A DNA stretch of 61,666 bases, filler included, from an uncultured bacterium (GTDB lineage Bacteria; DAOPZR01), in the NCBI GenBank assembly GCA_964637655.1. It is 6 parts of 6 records of this genome, joined end to end, with 100 filler letters (N's around TTAATTAATTAA, not from the genome) between each part and the next. Parts side by side here need not be neighbours in the genome. Positions count along the whole stretch, not along the records: positions 30,992 to 41,165 come from CAZWUZ010000133.1; positions 41,266 to 51,421 come from CAZWUZ010000134.1; 4 more parts are not named here. The stretch is one strand, 5' to 3'. Below are positions 37,855-49,956 of this stretch, in pieces. The position numbers and the translations under genes were made by a program. The notes under the pieces are model-generated. The model was given only the letters and a program-made list of their open reading frames with translations, had not been told where the DNA came from and made no database searches. The number at the start of each line of letters is the position of its first letter. Position 1 is the stretch's first letter.

Positions 37855-39170
37855 TGTCACTGACGGCACTGCTGATTGAGCCGCAGACCGACCGCCGCGT
37901 GGAACTGTCGGCGCACCTGCGCGCGGCGGGGCTGCAGGTACAGACGGCGGAAGGGGCGGTGGCGGGTTTCAACCTCGCCACGACGCTGCTTCCCGACCTG
38001 ATGGTCACCGCGCTGCGGCTGCCGCGCGTGGACGGCCTCGAACTGCTGCGCCTGCTGCGCGGCTCCGCCTGTCAGTGCCCGGTGATTGTCACGGGCGGAC
38101 GTGAGGACGAGGCACTGATCCGCAGCGCGCTGCAGCGGGGCGCCCTGCAGGCCTGGACCCGGCCGCTCGACAGCGACGCGATGGGCGCGCGCCTGCGGGC
38201 GCTGCTCCCCGGCCTGCAGCAGACCGCGTTGCACCTGCACGGGAGCGACCCGGAGGAGCTGTTCTGCGCGCTGGCGGGCACGGCGCCGGCGCTGCAGAAA
38301 ATCTGCGACCGGCTCGACAGCATGGCGGCCGGCCATGAACCGGTGTTTATCCACGGGGAACCGGGGACGGGCGCAGCCCTGCTCGCACACCTGCTGCATG
38401 AGCAGGGCCCGCGCCGCGACAAGCCGCTGGTCTGGATGACCTGTGCCGGCACAGAGCCGCAGCAACTGGCGGCAGAACTGTTTGACGGCGTGACGGAGGG
38501 GCGGCTGACGCTCCCGTCGCGGCTGGACCTGGCGGCGGAGGGGACGCTGGTGCTCGACGAGGTGGCGGCGCTGACGCCGGCACTGCAGACGCGCCTGCTC
38601 GACATCCTGCCCGACCCGGTAAGCGGGCAGACCGTGCGCCCGGTCAAAGCACGCATCGTCGCGCTGACCGCGCGCTCGCTGCTCAGCGAGGTCTCCTACG
38701 GCGTCTTCAGCCGGGAACTGTACCACCGGCTCGATATTCTGTCGCTGCAACTGCCGCCGCTGCGGCGGCGCGCGGATGAAATACCGGAACTGGTGCCGCA
38801 GGTGCTGCGCGCGCTGGCGGAGGAGGGCACCCCGCCGCGGCTGACGGGCGACGCGCTGGCGCGTTTCGGGCAGTACTACTGGCCGGGCAACCTGCAGCAG
38901 CTGCGCGAGGTGCTTGCCTGGCTGCTGGCACGGGCGCGGGCGGAAGCGCGCAGCAGCATCGAGCGCACCCACCTGCCGCTCTTCATGCAGCCGCTGGCGC
39001 CGGGAGTGCCGACGGCGGTGCAGGAGCGGCGTGAGGCGGTTGACCTGGTGGCGCAGCTGGGCGGTGACCGGCGGCTGGCGGCGCGGCTGCTCGGCTGCCC
39101 GGTGCGGGTGCTGGCGCAGCGGCTGACCGCGGCGGCGGAGAGCGCGACGGCGGGAGACAGGAGAGCATAA
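37854..39170 (+). CDS. Degenerate NtrC-like sigma54-type regulator (REC-AAA+-HTH)
   Basis: GEPGTG, GTLVLDEV, LYHRL, LPPLRRR, WPGNLQQL; key residues lost. Confidence 0.8.
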   Translation: MSLTALLIEPQTDRRVELSAHLRAAGLQVQTAEGAVAGFNLATTLLPDLMVTALRLPRVDGLELLRLLRGSACQCPVIVTGGREDEALIRSALQRGALQAWTRPLDSDAMGARLRALLPGLQQTALHLHGSDPEELFCALAGTAPALQKICDRLDSMAAGHEPVFIHGEPGTGAALLAHLLHEQGPRRDKPLVWMTCAGTEPQQLAAELFDGVTEGRLTLPSRLDLAAEGTLVLDEVAALTPALQTRLLDILPDPVSGQTVRPVKARIVALTARSLLSEVSYGVFSRELYHRLDILSLQLPPLRRRADEIPELVPQVLRALAEEGTPPRLTGDALARFGQYYWPGNLQQLREVLAWLLARARAEARSSIERTHLPLFMQPLAPGVPTAVQERREAVDLVAQLGGDRRLAARLLGCPVRVLAQRLTAAAESATAGDRRA

Positions 39171-40279
39171 TGGAATACGAGATCAAGCTCAGGGTGGACA
39201 AGCTGCAGCAGCGGCGCGTGGAACTGGAACGCCTGCATGACGGTGAAACCCTGCAGCGCGAACTGCGCGACCTGCAGGCAAAAATGGAGGCGCCCGACTT
39301 CTGGGACCGGCGCACTGAGGCGGCGCAGGTGGCACAGCGCTGCAACCAGGTGCAGCAGCGGCTGAAAAACTATACGACAGTGACCGGGGAAATCGACGGC
39401 GTGCTCGAACTGGCGCCGCTGCTCGACGAGGGTGGCGACAGCAGCGAGTTCCTCGCCCTGCTCACCGAGGTCGAGGTGAAGGTCGCGGACTACCTGCTGA
39501 CGCTGCTGCTCAACGGGCGGTTCGACAGCAACAACGCCATCGTCACCATCCACCCGGGCGCGGGGGGAACGGAGTCGCAGGACTGGGCGGCGATGCTGCT
39601 GCGCATGTACCTGCGCTGGGCGGCGGTGAAGGGACTGAAAACGGAGATGCTCGACGAGCAGCCGGCGGAAGAGGCGGGGATCAAGAGCGCCACGGTGATG
39701 GTCAGCGGGACCAACGCCTTCGGCTACCTCAAGGCGGAGAAGGGGGTGCACCGGCTCGTGCGCATCTCGCCGTTCGACGCCAACGCGCGGCGGCACACCT
39801 CGTTCGCCGCGGTCGAGGTGATGCCCGAACTGGACGACGACATCGAGGTCGAGATCGACGAGAAGGACCTGCGCGTCGACACCTATCGTTCGTCGGGCGC
39901 GGGCGGGCAGCATGTCAACAAAACCTCGTCGGCGGTGCGCCTCACCCACCTGCCGTCGGGGATAGTCGTTGCCTGCCAGAACGAGCGCTCGCAGTACAAG
40001 AACAAGACGATGGCGATGAAGATCCTCAAGGCGCGGCTGTTCGAGCGTGCGGAGGAGCAGCGCGCGGCGGAACGCGCGCAGATCAGCGGTGACAAGCAGG
40101 CCATCGCCTGGGGGAGCCAGATCCGCTCCTATGTCTTCTGCCCCTACACCCTGGTCAAGGACCATCGCACCGAGGTGGAAACGGGCAACGTGCAGGCGGT
40201 GATGGACGGCAACCTCGACCCCTTCATCACGGGGTTCCTGCACTGGCAGGCGCAGCAGCAGCAGGGGAGCGGCCTGTAG
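39170..40279 (+). CDS. prfB: Peptide chain release factor 2, no programmed frameshift
   Basis: GAGGTESQDW, RISPFD (SPF), GAGGQHVN, WGSQIRSY. Confidence 0.97.
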   Translation: MEYEIKLRVDKLQQRRVELERLHDGETLQRELRDLQAKMEAPDFWDRRTEAAQVAQRCNQVQQRLKNYTTVTGEIDGVLELAPLLDEGGDSSEFLALLTEVEVKVADYLLTLLLNGRFDSNNAIVTIHPGAGGTESQDWAAMLLRMYLRWAAVKGLKTEMLDEQPAEEAGIKSATVMVSGTNAFGYLKAEKGVHRLVRISPFDANARRHTSFAAVEVMPELDDDIEVEIDEKDLRVDTYRSSGAGGQHVNKTSSAVRLTHLPSGIVVACQNERSQYKNKTMAMKILKARLFERAEEQRAAERAQISGDKQAIAWGSQIRSYVFCPYTLVKDHRTEVETGNVQAVMDGNLDPFITGFLHWQAQQQQGSGL

Positions 40280-40282
40280 GCG

Positions 40283-41165
40283 ATGGCGCGCGCGCTGGCA
40301 GCCGGGTGCTCGCTGCTCGGGCTGCTGGTCCTCTGCTCGCTTATGGCGGGCGTCATCCGCAGCGACCGTGCCCGGAGCAGCGTCGAACTGGTGGTCGCGT
40401 ACGACGACCTGGCCCCGGCGCGGGCGGGCGACAGCACGGCGCAGTACTGGCGGCGGTACCGCGACGCGGGCGCGACGGCGCTGATTGTGCGCGAGCGGAC
40501 GCTGGGTGACGCGGCGGACGCAGGCGAACTGACTGTCGCCAGCGGGCGGGAGGTTTTCGACGCGTTCCGTGTGCAGGGGGTCATCAGCGGCTATATCTGG
40601 GAACAATTGCGCTACCGCCGGCTGGACGCGGAGCACACGTATGTCATCACGCCGCAGCGGGAGCAGGAGCAGTTGCGGGAACGCCTGCAGGCGGCATGGG
40701 AGCGCGCGGTGACGGTACCCGCGCGGCAGTCGTGGTCGGCCGACCTGCGCGTCATCGAGGTGGAGCGGCCGGTGGCGGAGGTGCGCGACGTCGGGCTCGG
40801 CCTGCCGGAACTGCCGCCGGAACTGCGCGCGGAGCAGCCGCGCCTCATTGTGCTGCCGGCACGGTACACCCGCGCGGAGGACTGGCGCGGCGAGACGGGT
40901 GTTATCGGGCAGGTGCGGCCGGGGGCTGGCGAGGTCTTTGCCTTCTACCCGCATGACGGACGGATATGGATCACGCCGCCGACGCTGCGGCGATTCCCGG
41001 GCAACGGCAGCGTGACGCCGGTGGACATCATCCGCGCGGCCGGGGTGCAGCGTCACCGGCTGCTCTGGTTTGCGCGGACGGGAGGGAAACTCTACCTGAC
41101 CGACCTCGCCCTTGCGGCGCATCTGCTGCGCAGCATGCGCCTGCAGGCGGCGCCTGTCGACTGGC
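40283..41165 (+). CDS. Membrane-anchored hypothetical protein (DUF5693-like), truncated
   Basis: N-terminal TM, VELVVAYDDL; runs off the contig. Confidence 0.45.
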
Positions 41166-41265
41166 NNNNNNNNNNNNNNNNNNNNNNNNNNNNNNNNNNN
41201 NNNNNNNNNTTAATTAATTAANNNNNNNNNNNNNNNNNNNNNNNNNNNNNNNNNNNNNNNNNNNN
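41166..41265. other. Artificial contig linker
   Basis: N-run with TTAATTAATTAA. Confidence 0.99.
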
Positions 41266-41367
41266 ATCGCATGGGCAGGCCGTCTTGCACGGTTTCTCCT
41301 CGCAGTACTCGCACTTGGCGAGTTCATTCGCCAGTTGCGCATCCGTCAGATACAGTTTGCAGTCCAT
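41266..41367 (-). CDS. N-terminus of a GltD/PreT-like Fe-S flavoprotein (truncated)
   Basis: MDCKLYLTDAQLANELAKCEYCEEKPCKTACPCD; AAGGAGG RBS; not in the ORF track. Confidence 0.7.
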
Positions 41368-41416
41368 CACTTCCTCCTTGCGGTATGTGTCAGTATCGAA
41401 ACCGGCAGCTGCCCGG

Positions 41417-41560
41417 TCATTCGTTCAGCATGTTTTCCGCGGTCGACGTCGAGGTCGTGCCCGTCGTCGCGGCGGTGCTCTTATCGAGAATCTTTTTCCC
41501 CTGCCAGACAAAAAAGGCAATCAGCCCGATGATGACGAGCTTGATGACAAAATCCTTCAT
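41417..41560 (-). CDS. Small single-TM protein (47 aa)
   Basis: GGGAGGGG RBS; MKDFVIKLVIIGLIAFFVWQGKK. Confidence 0.55.
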   Translation of the reverse strand: MKDFVIKLVIIGLIAFFVWQGKKILDKSTAATTGTTSTSTAENMLNE

Positions 41561-41574
41561 CGTCCGTCCCCTCC

Positions 41575-43404
41575 CTATTCGACCGTGACGCTCTTGGCCA
41601 GATTGCGCGGCTGATCGACATCGCAGCCGCGCCGCACGGCGATATGGTAGGCCAGCAGCTGCAGCGGCACCACGTTGAGGATGGGCGACACCAGCGGGTG
41701 GCAGCGCGGAATGTAAATGGCCTCGTCCACCAGGTCGATCATCTCCGTGTCGCCGTCGGTCACCAGCGCCAGCACCGTGCCGCCGCGCGCGTTGACTTCC
41801 TTGATGTTGCCGATCACCTTTTCGCGCACGTGGTCCTCGGTGGCGATAACCAGCACCGGAAGCGCCTCGTCGATGAGCGCGATCGGCCCGTGCTTCATTT
41901 CCCCGGCGGGATACCCCTCGGCGTGGATGTAGGAGATTTCCTTGAGCTTGAGCGCGCCTTCGAGCGCCACGGGATAGTTGATGCCGCGCCCGAGGTAGAG
42001 GTAGTCGGTGCACTTGAAGTAGTCCAGTGCCAGTTCGCGGATGAATTTGTCTTTTTTCAACAGCTGCTCGACCTGCTGCGGCACCTGGTAGAGCGCCTCC
42101 GACAGTTCGCACACCTGCGCGCTGTCCATCGTCTGGCGCAATTGCGCGAGGTAGAGCGCGAAGATGTAGAGCACGGTGAGCTGCGCGGTGAAGGCCTTGG
42201 TCGAGGCCACGCCGATTTCCGGGCCCGCGTGCGTGTAGACCGTGGCATCCGCCTCGCGCGTGATGCTGCTGCCGACGACGTTGCAGATGGCGAGCGTCTT
42301 GGCCCCGCATTTCTTCGCCGCGCGCACCGCCATGAGCGTGTCCGCGGTCTCCCCCGACTGGGTGATGGCGATGACCAGCGTGCTGCCGTCCACCAGCAGG
42401 TGGCGGTAGCGGAACTCCGAGGCGTAATCGACCTCGACCGGGAGGCGGCAGAGCTGCTCGATCAGGAACTTGCCCGTCAGCCCCGAGTGCCACGAGGTGC
42501 CGCAGGCGACGATCACCACGCGCGAGATGGACTTGAGCCACTCGTCAGCGAGGTTCATCTCCTCGAGGTGGATGCCGCACCCTTCGAGCATCAGGCGCCC
42601 GCGCATGGTGTCGGTGATGACGCGCGGTTGTTCAAAAATTTCCTTCAGCATGAAATGCTTGAACCCCTCTTTTTCCGCCTGCACGGGCGACCAGGTGATG
42701 GTCTGCGGCACGTACTGTTTCTCCGCGCCGTCCTCCCCGTAGAGGGTGAAGGCCTGCGCGGTGAGCACCCCGGTATCGCCGTCCTCGATAAACACCGCGC
42801 GCTGGGTCGACGCGAGGAAAGCAGGAACATCCGAGGCGACGAAGTTTTCCCCGTCGCCGAGCCCGACGACCAGCGGACTCCCCTGCCGCGCGACCACCAG
42901 TTTGTCCGGTTCGCGCGCCGAGAGGACCACCAGCGCGTAGGAGCCGCGCACGCGGGCGAGCACCCGCCGCACCGCGTCGTGCAGATTGTCCCCGCGGTAC
43001 TGCTCCTCGATGAGGTGCACGAGCACCTCGGTATCGGTCTCCGACTTGAACGTGTGTTTCGCCGCCAGTTCCTGCTTGAGGACGGCGTAATTCTCGATGA
43101 TGCCGTTATGGACAATGACGAGGGTGCCTGTGCAGTCGGTATGCGGGTGGGCGTTTTCCTCGGTCGGCCGCCCGTGCGTTGCCCAGCGCGTATGCCCGAT
43201 GCCGGTGTTCCCCTGCAGCGGCTGCTCGTTGAGTTTGTTGGTCAGGTTGATCAGCTTGCCGCTGCTGCGCCGCAACTGCAGCGCGCCGTCGTGTTCGACC
43301 GCCACGCCCGCCGAGTCGTAGCCGCGGTATTCCAGCCGCCGCAACCCGTCAAGGATGAGCGGCGCCGCCTGCAGTTTCCCGACATACCCGATGATCCCGC
43401 ACAT
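41575..43404 (-). CDS. glmS: Glutamine-fructose-6-phosphate transaminase
   Basis: MCGI, LEYRGYDSAG, GHTRWATHG, QSGETADT, PRNLAKSVTVE. Confidence 0.98.
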   Translation of the reverse strand: MCGIIGYVGKLQAAPLILDGLRRLEYRGYDSAGVAVEHDGALQLRRSSGKLINLTNKLNEQPLQGNTGIGHTRWATHGRPTEENAHPHTDCTGTLVIVHNGIIENYAVLKQELAAKHTFKSETDTEVLVHLIEEQYRGDNLHDAVRRVLARVRGSYALVVLSAREPDKLVVARQGSPLVVGLGDGENFVASDVPAFLASTQRAVFIEDGDTGVLTAQAFTLYGEDGAEKQYVPQTITWSPVQAEKEGFKHFMLKEIFEQPRVITDTMRGRLMLEGCGIHLEEMNLADEWLKSISRVVIVACGTSWHSGLTGKFLIEQLCRLPVEVDYASEFRYRHLLVDGSTLVIAITQSGETADTLMAVRAAKKCGAKTLAICNVVGSSITREADATVYTHAGPEIGVASTKAFTAQLTVLYIFALYLAQLRQTMDSAQVCELSEALYQVPQQVEQLLKKDKFIRELALDYFKCTDYLYLGRGINYPVALEGALKLKEISYIHAEGYPAGEMKHGPIALIDEALPVLVIATEDHVREKVIGNIKEVNARGGTVLALVTDGDTEMIDLVDEAIYIPRCHPLVSPILNVVPLQLLAYHIAVRRGCDVDQPRNLAKSVTVE

Positions 43405-43410
43405 GGCCGG

Positions 43411-44154
43411 CTACCGTCCCTTCCGCCGCATCGTGATACCCATCTCGCGCACGGCCGCGCGCAGCCCAGTGAAGACCGCGCGGCTGACGATGCTGTGCCC
43501 GATATTGAGTTCTTCCATCCCGGGGATGGCCGCCACCGGGCCGACGTTGGCATAGTCGAGGCCGTGCCCGGCATTGACGCGCAGCCCGAGGCGCAACGCC
43601 AGCGCCGCCGCCTGCTGCAGGCGGCGCAGTTCGCGCCGGCGCGCCGCCGCGCTGCGCGCGTTGGCATACTCGCCGGTGTGCAGCTCGATGTACTCGGCCC
43701 CGGTCGCCGCCGCGGCCCGCACCTCGCGCGCCTCCGGGGCGATGAAGAGCGACACAATGATGCCGCGGTCCTGCAGCCGCCAGACCGCCTGCGCCACCTG
43801 CTTTTCCCGTCCCGCCACCGCCAGTCCCCCCTCGGTGGTCAGTTCCCGACGCTTCTCCGGGACGATGGTCGCCTGCTCGGGTTTCACCTGCAGCGCAAAA
43901 CGGACAATTTCCTCCGCCAGCGCCATCTCGATATTGAGCGAAACCTTCACCTGTTTCCGCAGGGCGAGCACGTCGGCATCCTGGATGTGGCGGCGGTCCT
44001 CGCGCAGATGCACGGTGATACCGGTCGCTCCGCCCGCCTCCGCCGCGCGCGCCGCCTCGAGCACGGACGGCTGCGTGCCGCCGCGCGCCTGGCGCAGCGT
44101 CGCCACGTGGTCGATATTGACCCCCAGCCGCAGCCCGCGGCGTCGCCGTTTCAT
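43411..44154 (-). CDS. pdxJ: Pyridoxine 5'-phosphate synthase
   Basis: [42 protein letters not shown]. Confidence 0.97.
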   Translation of the reverse strand: MKRRRRGLRLGVNIDHVATLRQARGGTQPSVLEAARAAEAGGATGITVHLREDRRHIQDADVLALRKQVKVSLNIEMALAEEIVRFALQVKPEQATIVPEKRRELTTEGGLAVAGREKQVAQAVWRLQDRGIIVSLFIAPEAREVRAAAATGAEYIELHTGEYANARSAAARRRELRRLQQAAALALRLGLRVNAGHGLDYANVGPVAAIPGMEELNIGHSIVSRAVFTGLRAAVREMGITMRRKGR

Positions 44155-45521
44155 GCGCCGAGTTCCGCGCGGATGAGGTCCGCCAGCCCGGTGCAGACGC
44201 GGTCGACATCCGCCTGCTGTTCCGCCTCGACCATCACCCGCGCCAGTTTTTCCGTGCCTGAATAACGCAGCAGGATGCGCCCCTTGCCGCGCAGTTCGCG
44301 CTCGTACTTCGCCTGCAGCGGCACCAGTCCGTGAACATCCTCGAACGGCACCTTGTCGGTCACCCTGATATTGACCAGTTGCTGCGGATAGACGGTGAAC
44401 AGGTCCGTCAGCGTGCTGAACGGCTGCTGCTGCTGCGCATAAATGTGCAGCACCTGCAGCGCGGTGATGACCCCGTCGCCGGTCCGGTTGTGGTCATAGA
44501 AAATGATGTGACCCGACTGCTCCCCGCCAAGCCGGCAGCCGTGCGCGCGCATCTCCTCGAGCACGTAGCGGTCGCCGACGGCAGTGCGCACGACGTTGAC
44601 CCCCTGCGCGACAAGGAAATTCTCGAACCCGAGATTGCTCATCACCGTGGTGACCACGGTGTTGCCGGCGAGGGTGCCCGCCGCCTTGAGGTGCAGGGCG
44701 AGCAGTGCCATGATGCGGTCGCCGTCCACCGCCCGTCCCTGCTCATCCACGAACAGCACGCGGTCGGCATCGCCATCGTGCGCGAGGCCGAGCGCCGCCT
44801 GCTCCCGCACCACCACCGCCGCGAGCGCGTCGAGATGCAGCGACCCGCACCCGGCGTTGATGTTGCTGCCGTCAGGGTCGCAGTTGATGGCGACCACCTC
44901 CGCCCCGAGTTCGCGCAGCAGCCGCGGGGTGATGGCGCTGGCCGCGCCGTTGGCGCCATCCACCACCACCTTCAGACCCGCCAGCGGCGTCCCGGCAGGG
45001 AGTGTGGCACGCACCAGCGCGGCGTAGCGGTCGGTGGCGTCGGCCAGCCAGCGGCAGGAACCGACGTCACTCCCCGCGGGCGCCGGCAGCGCCTGCGTCT
45101 CGTCGAGGATGATGGTTTCCAGCGCGCGCTCGGCGGCATCGTCGAGCTTGTGCCCGTCACCGTCGAAAAACTTGATGCCGTTGTCCTCCATGGGATTGTG
45201 CGAGGCGGAGATAACCACTCCCGCCTGCGCGCCGAGCTGGCGCACGAGCAGCGCCACCGCCGGGGTGGGGAGCACGCCGCCGTCGCAGACGTCAGCCCCC
45301 GCGGCGCAGAGCCCGGCGGTGAGCGCCGCGCTGAGCATGCCTCCCGACAGGCGCGGGTCGCGCCCGAGGAAAAAGAGCGGACGCTCCGTCCCGGTCGCCG
45401 CGCGGAAATGCACCGCCGCGGCGCGCCCGAGGCGCACCGCCAGTTCGACCGTCAGCTCGCGGTTGGCCACCCCGCGCACCCCGTCGGTGCCAAACAGGCG
45501 CCGGGCGCCGGAGGCGCTCAC
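44151..45521 (-). CDS. glmM: Phosphoglucosamine mutase
   Basis: [34 protein letters not shown]. Confidence 0.97.
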   Translation of the reverse strand: MSASGARRLFGTDGVRGVANRELTVELAVRLGRAAAVHFRAATGTERPLFFLGRDPRLSGGMLSAALTAGLCAAGADVCDGGVLPTPAVALLVRQLGAQAGVVISASHNPMEDNGIKFFDGDGHKLDDAAERALETIILDETQALPAPAGSDVGSCRWLADATDRYAALVRATLPAGTPLAGLKVVVDGANGAASAITPRLLRELGAEVVAINCDPDGSNINAGCGSLHLDALAAVVVREQAALGLAHDGDADRVLFVDEQGRAVDGDRIMALLALHLKAAGTLAGNTVVTTVMSNLGFENFLVAQGVNVVRTAVGDRYVLEEMRAHGCRLGGEQSGHIIFYDHNRTGDGVITALQVLHIYAQQQQPFSTLTDLFTVYPQQLVNIRVTDKVPFEDVHGLVPLQAKYERELRGKGRILLRYSGTEKLARVMVEAEQQADVDRVCTGLADLIRAELGA

Positions 45522-46459
45522 TGCTCCACACTCACGGTCGGCGGATCGATGCGGATGACGGTGACGTTCTCGGGCACATCGACCTGCAGCATCGGACTGG
45601 TGCGGAAATCGGCGCCGCGGGCGGCATCGATGTAGCAGGCGATGCTCGCCGCGGTCAGCCCGTTGACCGCCGTGGCCGGGCCTTCCACCTCGATGGTTAC
45701 CTGCTCGGGCCGCACCCGCAGCCCGGGCGGCGCATTACGCAGCGCCACCGGCACGCTGGTCACCGTCTTCTGCAGTCGCTCGGCAGTGATGCGCACCACC
45801 GCGTCGACCGGGGCGGTGTCGAGCACAAGCAACCGCGGGTGGTGCGAACGCACCTGCACGCGGCGCGCGATGTCCTGCGCCACCCCGGCAACGGAAATGT
45901 CCTCGGTGCCGATGTCGGTAAGCGTGCGCAGCAGCGAATCGGGACCGAAGACCCGCACCGCCGCCGGAGTCGCCGCCGTGCCGGCCAGCACGAACCCGGT
46001 TGCCGGGTGCCCGTGCGTGCGCACGCGCACCGGCAGCAGCCGCTCGCTGCTCCCCTCGAGGATGATCTCGAGTTGTGCCGGTTCGACCTTCACCGGCTGG
46101 GCGCCGTTGACCAGGTCGAACAGGTCGAGGGCCAGCGCTTCGCTGTTGCTCCCGGCGCGCAGGCCGGAGACGTCGACCGCCACCGGCGGAAACATCGCGT
46201 CCGTCAGCGAATTGACCACCTGCGGCGCCCCCTTGAAGGTAACGACAACCGTGTCGATGCTCCCCTCCGCCACCGCCAGCCCGGCCGGCAGGTTGACGTA
46301 GGCCAGCGACACGCTCAGGCGGGTCTCCGCGCTCTGCTGGCTGACCACCATGAGCCAGAGCAGCAGGGCGAGCACGCCGGTTACCAGCTTGGCCGGCAGT
46401 TCGTTGGTCAGCGCCGCGCGCCAGTCGAAATTCCGCAGCCACTCCCCGCGTATCTTCAT
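45518..46459 (-). CDS. CdaR/YbbR-like protein
   Basis: N-terminal TM and repeated YbbR-type beta domains between cdaA and glmM. Confidence 0.85.
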   Translation of the reverse strand: MKIRGEWLRNFDWRAALTNELPAKLVTGVLALLLWLMVVSQQSAETRLSVSLAYVNLPAGLAVAEGSIDTVVVTFKGAPQVVNSLTDAMFPPVAVDVSGLRAGSNSEALALDLFDLVNGAQPVKVEPAQLEIILEGSSERLLPVRVRTHGHPATGFVLAGTAATPAAVRVFGPDSLLRTLTDIGTEDISVAGVAQDIARRVQVRSHHPRLLVLDTAPVDAVVRITAERLQKTVTSVPVALRNAPPGLRVRPEQVTIEVEGPATAVNGLTAASIACYIDAARGADFRTSPMLQVDVPENVTVIRIDPPTVSVEQ

Positions 46460-46463
46460 AGGC

Positions 46464-47240
46464 CTACAGGTTCACCTCGCCGCCCGCACTGTACAGCGTC
46501 AGCATCTCGCGCAGCGCCTCTTCGTTCAGGTTGGTGGTGATGTTGCCGCGCAGGGCGATGGAGATCGTCCCCGTCTCCTCCGAAACGATGAGCACGCAGG
46601 CATCCGTCTCCTGCGACAGCCCGATGGCCGCCCGGTGACGGGTGCCGTACTTCTGGTCGATGGCCGTCCCCTCCTGCGGCAGCGGCAGGATGCAGCTGGC
46701 CAGCGCCAGCCGCCCCTTGCTGACTATTGCCGCCCCGTCATGCAGCGCCGTCTTGGGAAAGAACACGCTGTGCAGCAGTTCCGTCGACACCTGCGCGTCG
46801 ATCTTGACTCCCGCGGTCACATGCCCCTTGAGCGGGGTCTCGCGCTCGAAGGCGATGAGCGCGCCGATGCGCTCGTTGCTCAACCGCCGGACCGCGCGCA
46901 CCGTCTCGTCGATGACCTCCGCCTCCTGCTCGTGGTCGGTGAGCGCGAAGTTGAAGAAGCGGCGCTCGCCGAGGCGGGCCAGCGCGCGGCGGATCTCGGG
47001 ATGGAAGAGGATGATGAGAATGATGATGAACGTCGTCCACAGCTTGCCCAGCGCCCAGCTGAGCAGCTGCAGCTTGAGCATCTCCGCCGCCAGCGTCACC
47101 GCCGCGAGCAGGACCAGCCCGCGCACCACCTGCACCGCGCGCGTGCCGCGGATGAGGATGTAGGTGTAGTAGAACAGTGCCCAGACGACGATGATCTCGA
47201 ACACGTCGGTCAGGCGCATCGCCTGCAAGGTTGCCAGCAT
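46464..47240 (-). CDS. cdaA: Diadenylate cyclase
   Basis: Three TMs, FHPEIRRALARLG, LHDGA, GTRHRAA, VSEETG. Confidence 0.95.
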   Translation of the reverse strand: MLATLQAMRLTDVFEIIVVWALFYYTYILIRGTRAVQVVRGLVLLAAVTLAAEMLKLQLLSWALGKLWTTFIIILIILFHPEIRRALARLGERRFFNFALTDHEQEAEVIDETVRAVRRLSNERIGALIAFERETPLKGHVTAGVKIDAQVSTELLHSVFFPKTALHDGAAIVSKGRLALASCILPLPQEGTAIDQKYGTRHRAAIGLSQETDACVLIVSEETGTISIALRGNITTNLNEEALREMLTLYSAGGEVNL

Positions 47241-47244
47241 GCTC

Positions 47245-48082
47245 CTATCCTTCTCCTTCCGCCGTCAGCGCCGCGGTAATCCGCAGCGCCTGCACCGTTT
47301 CCCGCACATCATGCACCCGCAGCAGCGCCGCCCCGCGGCGCGCCGCGAACAGGTTGGCCGCCACCGTCGCGCCGAGCCGGTCCGCGTCCATCGCCCCGAG
47401 CAGCCGCCCGAGGAACGACTTGCGCGACAGCCCGACCAGTACCGGGCACTGCGTCCGCGCCGCCAGCACTGGGAGCGCGCGCAGCAGCGCGACATTGTGC
47501 GCCACCGTCTTGCCGAAGCCGATCCCCGGGTCGACGCAGATGCCGTCGGCAGCCACGCCCGCCGCCCGCGCCCGCGCCGCTGCCGCGGCAAGCAACTCCC
47601 CCACCTCGGCGACCACGTCCGCATACTGCGGGTCCTGCTGCATCGTGCGCGGCTCACCCTGCATGTGCATCAGGCAGAGCCCCGCGCCGTACTGCGCCGC
47701 GAGCCGCGCCAGCGTGTCGCCGTCGCGCAGCCCGCTGATATCGTTGACCAGCAGCGCGCCGCAGTCAAGCGCCGCGCGCGCCACCTCCGGTTTCACCGTG
47801 TCGATGGAGAACGGTATGCCCGCCCGCCCCAGTTGCTCCGCCACGGGCAGCACGCGCCGCAACTCCTCCGCCTCGTCCACCGGCGCCGCCCCCGGGCGCG
47901 TCGATTCGCCCCCGAGGTCGATGAGTGCCGCCCCCTGCGCGCGCATCTGTTGCGCCCGGTCGACCGCCGCCGCCGGGTCCGCATGCCGCCCCCCGTCGTG
48001 GAACGAGTCGGGGGTGACATTGAGGATGCCCATGACCGCGGGCGGGCCGCCCGCCCGCAGCACGCATCCGCGCGCGGTGAAA

Positions 48083-48093
<11 letters not shown>
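47245..48093 (-). CDS. folP: Dihydropteroate synthase
   Basis: MGILNVTPDSFHDGG, GGESTRPGA, DPGIGFGK, SRKS, RVHDV. Confidence 0.97.
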
Positions 48094-49954
<1,861 letters not shown>

Positions 49955-49956
49955 CG

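Noticed and set aside
43405..43410. glmS ribozyme
   Set aside because: Only 6 bp separate pdxJ and glmS, and no ribozyme consensus is visible
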